Assembly: GCA_902780865.1 (NCBI GenBank)
Contig: CACZHC010000011.1
Coordinates: 2,898-66,897, forward strand
DNA from: an uncultured bacterium
GTDB taxonomy: Bacteria; Verrucomicrobiota; Kiritimatiellia; RFP12; UBA1067
Reading direction: 5' to 3'
DNA: 64,000 bases
The notes under the pieces: model-generated
Seen by the model: the letters and a program-made list of their open reading frames with translations, nothing else
Databases searched by the model: none
Told to the model about the DNA's origin: nothing
Shown: piece by piece, positions 35,490-43,797 of the stretch
Numbering within the stretch: the stretch's first letter is position 1
Layout of the letters: the number at the start of each line of letters is the position of its first letter
Program-made: the position numbers and the translations under genes

Positions 35490-36623
35490 TCACTTGCTTA
35501 CAACGCGCACCACGCCCTTGTCGGGAACTGCCTCGACGAGCGCATAGGGCGCGCCGTCGTGCGAGACGAAACGCACGGGGACGCTCTTCCCGCCCTGTGT
35601 CGCCTTTGCGGACTTCCAGCCGTCGGGGAGGCGCACCTTGACGGTGAGCGGATAGTCGAAGATGTCGTCTTTCATGCGGTCGGTCAGCGTGAACTCGATC
35701 TTGTCGCCCTTCAACGCGCTCGTAAGCGTCGCCGAGTCGCGCTCCTGGCCGTACTTCGCGGCGTCGTCGAAGCGGCACACCCAGAGCCGATCGTCCTTTA
35801 GAGACGCGATGTAGCGAACCTCCTTCTCCGCGCCGGCGGCGTTCTTCTCCCGGTCCGCGTCGGTTCGCCCTGCGTGCACGAAGTGGTACAGGACGACGTT
35901 CCAGCCGCGCTTGAGCGCCTTGTTGCCGCGGATCCACTTCGGGTCTTCCTGCGTCTCGCCGAAGGCCACCATCTGCACATGGCCCTTGCCGCCCGCACCC
36001 TTGTTTGTGCAGAGGTAGTTGATCGAGTTGGCGCAGCTCGGGACGCCATAGACGCCACGGCACGCGATCGCGTACTTCGCCGCGATCGCCTCGTGCGGCT
36101 CCCCGCGCGGGTAGGCGATGCAGCACGCGAAGTTGTTCGTGACGTTGTCGTTGATTGCCTTCAGGGAGTCGCGGTACATCGACTCGACCTCCTCGTCAGA
36201 CGGCATCGGGACGTCGCCGTGCTTCGCCTTGTGGTTCGTCGTGTGCGACTGGATCGAGTGACCGGCGTCCGCGAGCTTCTGCCAGTCGGCCCACGTCCCG
36301 TTGAACCCAGGGTTGTTCTTCTTCACGCAATGGTCGGTTATCACGAACCACGTGAGCTTGATGCCGAGCTCTTCGGAGAGCTTGAGCCACCACTCGTGGT
36401 CGGGCTTGCAGTTGTCATCGATCGTGATGGAGCACGCGGCGAACCTGTCGCCCGACCACAGGCACACGTCGGCCTCGCCCGGCTTCGCGGGCCACACGAG
36501 ATCGGTCGGCGTCGTAAAACGCCCGCCCTTCGGGGGCGGCGGAAGGTTCATCAGCTGCTCGCCGCCAACCGCGGCAAATACGGCCGCCACGGAGAGTGCC
36601 GTTGCAATAGTCGCTTGTTTCAT
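35490..36623 (-). CDS. secreted polysaccharide deacetylase (CE4-like)
   Basis: The real start is ATG 36623 (MKQATIATALSVAAVFAAVGG). The upstream part of the 572-aa track ORF is an Arg-rich overlap with the next gene. CE4-type motifs are SITIDDN and HSIQSHTTNH. Confidence 0.6.
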   Translation of the reverse strand: MKQATIATALSVAAVFAAVGGEQLMNLPPPPKGGRFTTPTDLVWPAKPGEADVCLWSGDRFAACSITIDDNCKPDHEWWLKLSEELGIKLTWFVITDHCVKKNNPGFNGTWADWQKLADAGHSIQSHTTNHKAKHGDVPMPSDEEVESMYRDSLKAINDNVTNNFACCIAYPRGEPHEAIAAKYAIACRGVYGVPSCANSINYLCTNKGAGGKGHVQMVAFGETQEDPKWIRGNKALKRGWNVVLYHFVHAGRTDADREKNAAGAEKEVRYIASLKDDRLWVCRFDDAAKYGQERDSATLTSALKGDKIEFTLTDRMKDDIFDYPLTVKVRLPDGWKSAKATQGGKSVPVRFVSHDGAPYALVEAVPDKGVVRVVSK

Positions 36624-36652
36624 CTTTTGTTTTTCCCTTCTTTTTTTAAGTC

Positions 36653-38164
36653 TCACTTTGCGTAAGCGCCGCAGGGGCGAGGTCCGCACGGATACGGGTT
36701 GCCGTTTATGTCTGCCGGCACGCACTGGAGCGGCACGCCGTGCTTCAGCGCGGGCGAGCCTGCGCGCAGCGCGTAGTGATGCCGCGACTCGTCGGCGAAC
36801 GGACGCTCCGCGCGCGCCGTTTCCGAGCCGTACTCGCCCGTGTCGCCGCCCTTCCTGTCCTTCCCGTAGAAGGCGTTGCGCCACACCTTGAGCCCGGCGG
36901 AGCCGTCGCCGTTCGCGAGCGCCGCGAAGCCGCCCATCTGGCGCAGCACGCAGTTCACGACGCGGACGTCCTTGAGGTTGAACGTGCCCTTCGGACCCTT
37001 CGCCTCGCGCCACAGCCAGGTCTGGTCCACAAGCGTGATGTGCGCGAAGAGGACGTTCTCCATGTCGTCCGAGTACTGCGTGTACATCATGCAGTCGCAT
37101 TTGAAGGAGACGTTCACGAACGCCGAGTCGCGCAGGCGTATGCCGAAGAGCCCCTGGCATTTGCAGTCGTATCCGGACACATTGTACAATATGACGTCGT
37201 GGACCCATCCCGGCGCCTTCGCGTGCGATTGGTGGAAGTCGGGGTGCGCGCCCGTCTTACCGGGGTCGACTCCGTCGCAGCGGCAGTTCACCACGAGGCA
37301 GTCGCTGCCGGTCCACACGTCGGACGATATGTCGTGCACGTAGTGTCCGCGCTGGAGCGTCGCGCCAGGTCCGTTCGACATCTCCTTCGTCTCACCGCCC
37401 GTCACGTAGGCGCGCATGCGGTTTCCGAGGACATTGGCGTTGCACGCCCAGCGTCCCTTCTTGTTGAGCATTACGCATTCGTCGAGCCAGCAGCAAGTCG
37501 CGCCGTTCTCGCCGGCGATGATCGACGCGTACTTCCCCTCCGCGTCGCAGAAGAGCGTGACGTTCCTGAAGCGGAGCTTGTCGCCGCCAGGGCGCCCCGC
37601 GGAGAACTCGACCTCCTCGCGCTTCATTCCGGGTGCGGCGGCGAGGGTCGTCCAGAACTTCGCGTTCCTGTCGCCTATGCGGCTCAGCGAGTAGACGCCC
37701 TTCCTGAGGTAAACCGTGCCGCCGTCGCCCGCCTTCCTGACCGCGTCGGCGAGCGAGTCCTCCGGGCCTATCGTCACCTCGGCCTTCGAGCCCTGCGTGC
37801 CCTTCGCGTTGGCGTAGAGCGGCAGCTCCGGAAGCTCGAAGCTCTCAGGCGCGGAGCCGAGAGTGGTCGCGACCGCCTTCACCGCCACCGGTCCGTCCGG
37901 AAGCTTCGCCGCGTCGATCGGCACGAAGTACTCCCACACGCCGGTGCGGGCGTTGAGCTTCGGCTCCTCCGCGGTGAACTTCCGTCCGCCCACGTCGAAC
38001 GTCACCTTGACGCCGTCCTCGTGAAATGCGACCACGCCGGCGTTGAACACGCCGGAGATGCGCTGGTGCGGGACGACGTCCCACCTCGCCACCGGCCTCG
38101 CCGCGAACGTCTGCCCCGCGGCCAGAACCGCGACTGCCGCAAAGTAAAACACCGACTTTCTCAT
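36653..38164 (-). CDS. secreted right-handed beta-helix (pectin-lyase-fold) protein
   Basis: ATG 38164 (MRKSVFYFAAVAVLAAGQTFA) is preceded by AGGAGG. ...AVRKAGDGGTVYLRKGVYSL... is the usual N-terminal cap pattern of pectin-lyase-fold enzymes. Confidence 0.5.
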   Translation of the reverse strand: MRKSVFYFAAVAVLAAGQTFAARPVARWDVVPHQRISGVFNAGVVAFHEDGVKVTFDVGGRKFTAEEPKLNARTGVWEYFVPIDAAKLPDGPVAVKAVATTLGSAPESFELPELPLYANAKGTQGSKAEVTIGPEDSLADAVRKAGDGGTVYLRKGVYSLSRIGDRNAKFWTTLAAAPGMKREEVEFSAGRPGGDKLRFRNVTLFCDAEGKYASIIAGENGATCCWLDECVMLNKKGRWACNANVLGNRMRAYVTGGETKEMSNGPGATLQRGHYVHDISSDVWTGSDCLVVNCRCDGVDPGKTGAHPDFHQSHAKAPGWVHDVILYNVSGYDCKCQGLFGIRLRDSAFVNVSFKCDCMMYTQYSDDMENVLFAHITLVDQTWLWREAKGPKGTFNLKDVRVVNCVLRQMGGFAALANGDGSAGLKVWRNAFYGKDRKGGDTGEYGSETARAERPFADESRHHYALRAGSPALKHGVPLQCVPADINGNPYPCGPRPCGAYAK

Positions 38165-38199
38165 ATACAACCTCCTTTTCCGTTTTCCGCCAGACGGGA

Positions 38200-41100
38200 T
38201 CAGCGGATTATAACCACCAGGGAAGTCTTCCCCGCCCGCGTCATGAAGCACTCAAGTTCAGGGAACACCGCGTCCCCAACGCGACCGAGAACCCACGGCT
38301 CGTAGCCGTTCTCCTCGACGGCAACATTCAATGCCCTTTTTGCACTAGCAGGCGCATAGCCATTGTCGGCGGCAGTCACGAGCCCATTCGTGATGATGGT
38401 GCTCTCTGAATTGTCTGCACAGAAGTTTTTGGTCATGAAGAAGCTGTTCACCGCGCCGTACTGGCGGGCAGGGGAATCGGCGACATTGGTCTCGAACCGT
38501 GCGAAGATCTCTCCAGTCAAACCGCCTTCCGCCGGGGCCGAGAGGGACCCGTAGTTGGCGCAGTTGTAGAACAGGAGTATGGTGGAGGGGTGGCCATCGT
38601 TGGCGTTGAAACCGCCGAGGAGCCCGCCCGCGTACTTCCCGCCCGTGACGGCCCCATAGTTGGCGCAGTTCGTGGCCGTGACGGAATTGTTGTTGTAGAG
38701 GCTGTCGACGAATCCGATGAGTCCGCCGGCCACGTTGCCTGTGACGGGGGTCGTGCCGTCTCCCGCGACGGCGGTGCCGATGTCGCCTCGGTTGACGCAG
38801 CCCGACAGAACCGTCTCGCAGCCGCGGTAGAGGAATCCGACGATGCCGCCGAGGTTGGCGGCGGTCGTGCCAAGGGAGCGGATGTCCCCGAGATTGGCGC
38901 AGTCGACGATGTACAGGACGCCGCCATGCTCGGCCGTGGCGTTGATGTTCCTTTCGCCGAGAATGCCGCCGAACTTGATGCCGTAGGTGACAGCCATCGT
39001 CGACGTTAAGTCGGCCTCGTTGACGCAGCGGAGAATGCGGATGGCCGGCAGATAGGTCGAGTTGTGCACGTTGACCTTGCCGACGATGCCGCCAGAGACG
39101 AGCATATTGTTGACGTAGACGACGACGGGGGCGCGGTTCGTGCAGTCGGCGACAAGCGCGAGCGTCTCGCCAGCAACAGGATTTCCCTCGCCGTCGGTCG
39201 GGGAGAAGTCGGCCGTGCGGTCGATGGCGCCGACGATGCCACCCGCTCCGTTGGTGCGCGTCTGCCGGAACGTGCAGCTGGCCGCCGCCATGCACCGCTC
39301 GATGGCGGCGCCGTCGACCATCCTGCCGACGAGGAAGCCGACGGTGCAGTCGTTCCCCGTCTGGAGGACGAGGTTTTCCACCGTGACGTCGCAGATCGCG
39401 CCGCCGGAGAGCGTGTTGGCAACCGTGCCGAACACGGCGCTGGCGCCGAGCGTGATTTTCGTCGCCGAACCTTCCGAGGCCGCGTCGACGACGAAGTTCG
39501 AGGCGCATCCGTAGAGATGGTTGAAGAGCGGCAGTCCGCCGTTCGGGCACCGGATCGAGTGTCCTGCGCCGTCGAAGGCCGCATAAAAGTCCGGGGCTAC
39601 CCAGTCCGCGGGCAGTTCGATATCGGACGAGAGATGGACTGTGACGCCGGGAACGGTCTCGGACGAGACGGCCGTTGCGAAATCCGCTGCCGTAGCGACA
39701 TGAACATTCGCGGGAACATACGAGGCGTGAACCGTCAGATCATCGGTCACGTTGTCGAACGCCGTGTCCCATCCAACGAAAATGTATCCTTCTCGCGAGG
39801 GATTGGCCGGCGGTGTTGCCGCCTCGCCGTGGACGACCTCCTGGTCCTCTCCGATCTGCGTGTTGTCCCAGTCGAAGAACGAGACCGTGTGGGTGAGGAT
39901 GCCGCTCGAATACTGGGCGGTGAACGTCGTGTCCGCCGTCAGGCCGGTGAACGCGGCCGGGATCCAGCCGACGAAGGTGTAGCCGTCGCGGACCGGATCC
40001 GCAGGGGGTAAGACGCATCCGCCGCGGGCGATGGTCTTCTGCTTGAGGACGGTTTCGTCCCAGTCCTTGAACGTTGCGACGATGGTGTCCGGCGCCGCCT
40101 CGTCGGGCAGGATCTTGAGGATGGGGAACTCGTGGCCCTGCTTCCAGAGGTTGCAGTTGCTGTTGTAGGCGTTGAGCGCCGCAAGGTCCGTGCCGTCCAC
40201 AAGGCCATCGGAGTTGCCGAGATACACATTGCCGTTCATGTTGAGCGTCGTGATGGTGGCACCCTCCGCGTATGTCCCAATGAGAGCGTCGCTGGCGTAC
40301 AGCCCGCCCTCGATGTCAATGCGCGGATGGACAACGCCCTTCGTCAAGACGCCGATCGCCTCGCCCGGAAACACGCCTTCCTTGCGGGCGGTGATCGTCC
40401 CCGTGTTCATGCAGGAATGGATGAGTATCTTGGTGTTCACATAGTCCTTGTTGTGCTCCAACGAGCAAATAAAACCGCCCGCGCTGTAGCCAGTGATGTC
40501 GCCGGTGTTGGCGCAGCCCGTGATGGAGACATCCACCTGGATAGGCGCAACAATGACTCCAATCAGACCGCCGATCTCGGATCGTGTGTCGCCATTTCCG
40601 GTGGAAGTCACGCTTCCGTAGTTGATGCAGTCCTCCATTGTGAGCTTTCCGCTCGTCCAGCGGCCGACAAGACCACCGTAGTTCGTCCCGGAGGAAGTAA
40701 GGCTGCCATTGTACACAAACGACCCGTAGTTTGCACAGCTGCGGATGACGGCGTCGGCCATCTGGGTGGAAGCGCCAGTTCCAGCTGTATGCACGAGACC
40801 GCCAAAGCTACGGTTGGTTCCGGTCCAGGTCGAGGAGCCCGTGCCGCTGTAGTTCGTGCAGCCGTCCAGGATCAGGTGGGCGTAGTATTCGGCGGTTCTT
40901 CCTCCGCCTTTGACCATCAGGTTTCCGGCAATGCCGCCGAACTGCGAACCATAGGACTCCCCTGTGGAGAGGGCCGCCGCCATCGTGCAGTGCGTGAAGG
41001 AAATCGTCGCACCCGTTCCGGTGGCGGTACCGTTCCCCGCGATGCCGGCATGCTGGTTGACGCCAAGGGCGAACGAGCAGGTGTTATCCACATGGCAGTC

Positions 41101-41574
41101 CGAGAACGATGCCGTCCCCGTCACGGAGAACAAACCGACGACGAAAGCGACGTTGCCCTGCTTCTGGGCGTTCTGTAGGGTCGACTCGGTGAAGGTGACG
41201 TTTTCCACGGTGAGGTTCCCAGCCGTGACGCTGTTGATAAGCATTCCACGGTTACCCCCGGTGGGAAGAGCGACGTTCGCGGCTTTCACGACAAGATTGC
41301 TGATGGCAATGTCGCCGGTGATGGTGCCGAAGAGCGGAGCGGAGAGGTTCGTGATCTTGTACCCCTTGCCGTCAAGCGTGCCTGAAAATCCGTCAATCGT
41401 GGTCCACCCCGAGCAGTCTATGTCCGCGGTGAGCGTGTATGTACCGGAGGGATCGGCGGCGATGGCCGCAGCGAGTTCGGCCGCGGTGCCGATGTCCGCG
41501 GCGAATGTGCCGCGGGAGAGGATTGCAAGACCAATGGAAGCGAGAACGAATTTCAACCATTTCATAGGCAACAT
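38200..41574 (-). CDS. large secreted GLUG-repeat protein (two GLUG modules separated by Listeria-Bacteroides repeats) with ...AGKTSLVVIIR tail
   Basis: 1124-aa ORF with a signal peptide. The head motif DIGTAAELAAAIAADPSGTYTLTADIDCS occurs twice. It has many GG(I/L)(V/I)G...N.G repeats and two repeats of the ...GYTFVGW... type. Confidence 0.7.
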   Translation of the reverse strand: MLPMKWLKFVLASIGLAILSRGTFAADIGTAAELAAAIAADPSGTYTLTADIDCSGWTTIDGFSGTLDGKGYKITNLSAPLFGTITGDIAISNLVVKAANVALPTGGNRGMLINSVTAGNLTVENVTFTESTLQNAQKQGNVAFVVGLFSVTGTASFSDCHVDNTCSFALGVNQHAGIAGNGTATGTGATISFTHCTMAAALSTGESYGSQFGGIAGNLMVKGGGRTAEYYAHLILDGCTNYSGTGSSTWTGTNRSFGGLVHTAGTGASTQMADAVIRSCANYGSFVYNGSLTSSGTNYGGLVGRWTSGKLTMEDCINYGSVTSTGNGDTRSEIGGLIGVIVAPIQVDVSITGCANTGDITGYSAGGFICSLEHNKDYVNTKILIHSCMNTGTITARKEGVFPGEAIGVLTKGVVHPRIDIEGGLYASDALIGTYAEGATITTLNMNGNVYLGNSDGLVDGTDLAALNAYNSNCNLWKQGHEFPILKILPDEAAPDTIVATFKDWDETVLKQKTIARGGCVLPPADPVRDGYTFVGWIPAAFTGLTADTTFTAQYSSGILTHTVSFFDWDNTQIGEDQEVVHGEAATPPANPSREGYIFVGWDTAFDNVTDDLTVHASYVPANVHVATAADFATAVSSETVPGVTVHLSSDIELPADWVAPDFYAAFDGAGHSIRCPNGGLPLFNHLYGCASNFVVDAASEGSATKITLGASAVFGTVANTLSGGAICDVTVENLVLQTGNDCTVGFLVGRMVDGAAIERCMAAASCTFRQTRTNGAGGIVGAIDRTADFSPTDGEGNPVAGETLALVADCTNRAPVVVYVNNMLVSGGIVGKVNVHNSTYLPAIRILRCVNEADLTSTMAVTYGIKFGGILGERNINATAEHGGVLYIVDCANLGDIRSLGTTAANLGGIVGFLYRGCETVLSGCVNRGDIGTAVAGDGTTPVTGNVAGGLIGFVDSLYNNNSVTATNCANYGAVTGGKYAGGLLGGFNANDGHPSTILLFYNCANYGSLSAPAEGGLTGEIFARFETNVADSPARQYGAVNSFFMTKNFCADNSESTIITNGLVTAADNGYAPASAKRALNVAVEENGYEPWVLGRVGDAVFPELECFMTRAGKTSLVVIIR

Positions 41575-41592
41575 CCTTTCTTGTTCGGCGAA

Positions 41593-41659
41593 ATTCTACA
41601 ATATTTGCATTTCAAACGCAAGGGAGAATGCGCAAACCTCAATTAATGTCTCAATTATT
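41593..41659 (-). promoter_or_regulatory. promoter (TTGCGT-17-TAGAAT) plus upstream TAATTGAG direct-repeat element
   Basis: On the minus strand the -10 is at 41598-41593 and the -35 at 41621-41616. The element cctcaattaatgtctcaattatt lies at 41637-41659. In my hand alignment, 21 of 23 positions are identical to 54419-54441. Confidence 0.5.
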
Positions 41660-41679
41660 CAATTTCGGTTCGCGCATCC

Positions 41680-41710
41680 GACGCGGCGAGACGGGACGTC
41701 TCGCCGCGTC
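41680..41710 (-). terminator. 14-bp perfect GC-rich hairpin (3-nt loop) starting at the stop codon of the beta-helix gene
   Basis: GACGCGGCGAGACG (41680-41693), loop gga, CGTCTCGCCGCGTC (41697-41710). There is no U-tract on the minus strand. Confidence 0.5.
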
Positions 41711-43760
41711 AGCCCTTGGGCGGGATGACGGGGTTGTTGGGAGAGGGAATTCCCTCCGCGACATCGGCGGGGATGGCGGGAATGGTCCTGCGTCCGGTGC
41801 CGAGCAGGTCGCCTCTGCGGAAAGCCGCCGGCGAGACGGGCGAGCCGCATCCGTCGACCTGGCGGATGTCGATATCCGTGGACTTCGCCTTCTTCCAGTT
41901 GAACACCATCACTCCGCGGTACGGCGGCGCGTCAAGCGCGGGAGAGAACGACAGAACGCCGTTCGCGCACGACTTCACCGTCCTCAGCACGCCGTCGCAG
42001 TTAAGCTCTATCCTGTCGCCGGACGCGAAGAGGTCCGTGCGCGACGCCGCGTCCTTGCGCAGCGCCAGCGAGTCGAGCGACGAGCCGTTCGCGCTAGACA
42101 CCGCCATGTCGGACGGAAAGTTCGACGACGGAACCGCGCACACGGAACTGCCCTTCTCCTGCCCCAGCTCCGACTGCGCTTTCGCGAGATCGGTGTACTT
42201 CCGCCAGGGTTTCGCCGTGCGGGCGAAGAACGAGGGGGCGAAGCGGTTGCCGGAGCTGTCGACCTTCGTGCTGTCGAGCTGTCCGTAGTCCATCGAGCCG
42301 CCGATGAACAGGTTCTTAGTCACGGAATAGTCGTGTCCGGTGAAGCTGAAGAAACCGTATCCAGCGCCCCAAAGCGTGTTGCCCTCGAACTTCCAGCGGT
42401 GGGAATTGCCGTGTCCGCAGATGAGCATCACCGCGTCGCATCCCATGAAGAGGTTTCCGCGCACCGTGACGTCTTCCGCCTCCTCGGCCATTATCGACTG
42501 TCCGCCGCAGATGTTGAAGTTCTCCTCGTACACCACGTCCGACACGTCGCGGTACATCTGCGTGTTGTCGGGATGAGCCTGGTAGATGTGGTGGTGGATG
42601 TAGTTCCTTCTCACGACGACATGCTTCGTCGGCGGATTCGCCCCCGGCGTGCCCGTCTTCTTCCCGGAGATGTTTCCGGCGACGACGATTCCGTCCACCT
42701 GGTTGAGCGCCACCTCGTTGCCCTCGACAAGCGCGTTCTCGACGGAGGCGAGCCCGATCCCGTTGCCTCCGTTGGCGACGACGACGTTCGAGCGGACCTT
42801 CAGGTCCTTCGCCATGCGCGCAGCGATTCCCGCGCCGTTGTGGTGGACGAGGCAGTTCTGCACCGTCACACCGTCGCCGCCGATCTGCACTCCCGCGGCA
42901 CGCGAGCCGGCGATCTCGAATCCGTCGAGGACTACGTTGCCGGACGGATTCTTGTGGTGCCCCACGGCGACGAGCGGACGGTCCGCGGCGCAATACAGCG
43001 TCCTCGCGAGGTCGGCCTTCTTCACCGGCTTGAAGTAGACCGTTCCCGCCGTGCTCTTCGGGTCGCCGCCAGGTTCGGACACGAACGCCCAGCTTCCGGG
43101 CAGGTCGATCAGCGCGGGGTGGTTGACGAACGAATAGGTGTTGTTCTCCGGCCTGATCCACTTCATCCACTCCTCCTGCGAGAAGACGATGTCGCCTGTC
43201 TTCGGATCGTACGACTGGACGCGACGGGACGAGAAGGCGTTCCCGAAGGCGAAGTAGAAGAAGCAACGGACGTCCTTCGGATCCTTCGCGATGATTGCGA
43301 GCTTCCGGTCGCTGACCGGGGCGGTCCTAAAAGTGCGCGTGTCCGCTTCGGCGGTCAGTATCGGGAGCCGCGTTCCGTCCACAGGCCAGCGCGCGCACTG
43401 CTGCTCGACGTAGCCGACGAGGAGCGAGTCTACCCGCGAAGGGACCTTCGCGGAGAACACACCTCTGCCTTCGTCCTTCCACCCCTCTATCTTCTGCATC
43501 CCGCTCAGCGTGACGCGCTCCCCGGGCGCGGCCTTGATCGTCAGCGGCGCTCCCTCGAAAAGCTTCTGCACCCTGAATCCGCCGTACGTCCCCGCCTTCA
43601 CCAGCACGACGTCTCCGCCCTTCGCGGCGTCCACCGCCTTCTGAATCGTCGGGTACTGCGCAGGGACGACAAGCTCAGTGGCGAGAACTGCAGTCGCGCA
43701 AAGCCCCGTCACCGCGGAAAACATTATCCTCCTTGTCATGATCATTCTCCCTTTAATCAA
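41709..43760 (-). CDS. secreted parallel beta-helix repeat (pectin-lyase-fold) protein
   Basis: 683-aa ORF. ...VPAQYPTIQKAVDAAKGGDVVLVKAGTYGGF... is followed by PbH1-like repeats (NGGNGIGLASVENALVEGNEVALNQVDGIVVAGN). The start may be an internal ATG (MIMTRR) after AAAGGGAGA. Confidence 0.6.
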   Translation of the reverse strand: MIKGRMIMTRRIMFSAVTGLCATAVLATELVVPAQYPTIQKAVDAAKGGDVVLVKAGTYGGFRVQKLFEGAPLTIKAAPGERVTLSGMQKIEGWKDEGRGVFSAKVPSRVDSLLVGYVEQQCARWPVDGTRLPILTAEADTRTFRTAPVSDRKLAIIAKDPKDVRCFFYFAFGNAFSSRRVQSYDPKTGDIVFSQEEWMKWIRPENNTYSFVNHPALIDLPGSWAFVSEPGGDPKSTAGTVYFKPVKKADLARTLYCAADRPLVAVGHHKNPSGNVVLDGFEIAGSRAAGVQIGGDGVTVQNCLVHHNGAGIAARMAKDLKVRSNVVVANGGNGIGLASVENALVEGNEVALNQVDGIVVAGNISGKKTGTPGANPPTKHVVVRRNYIHHHIYQAHPDNTQMYRDVSDVVYEENFNICGGQSIMAEEAEDVTVRGNLFMGCDAVMLICGHGNSHRWKFEGNTLWGAGYGFFSFTGHDYSVTKNLFIGGSMDYGQLDSTKVDSSGNRFAPSFFARTAKPWRKYTDLAKAQSELGQEKGSSVCAVPSSNFPSDMAVSSANGSSLDSLALRKDAASRTDLFASGDRIELNCDGVLRTVKSCANGVLSFSPALDAPPYRGVMVFNWKKAKSTDIDIRQVDGCGSPVSPAAFRRGDLLGTGRRTIPAIPADVAEGIPSPNNPVIPPKG

Positions 43761-43797
43761 AAATCCATCATCGCACCACGGTAAAAGACCGCCGTCA

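Noticed and set aside
35490-37208. The 572-aa ORF and the 13302-14855 517-aa ORF taken at face value
   Set aside because: In both, the N-terminal portions overlap the neighbouring gene in an Arg-rich frame. Internal ATGs (36623 and 13692) give proper signal-peptide or regulator N-termini and sit behind promoter or RBS signals.
41628-43784. Very long plus-strand ORFs (e.g. 41628-43784 at 718 aa, 49069-51249 at 726 aa, 31150-33165 at 671 aa, 36740-38305 at 521 aa, 58296-59723 at 475 aa)
   Set aside because: They are Arg/Ala/Gly/Val-rich with no recognisable motifs. Each lies exactly antisense to a minus-strand gene with clear domain signatures. This is the typical stop-poor antisense-frame artefact of high-GC DNA.
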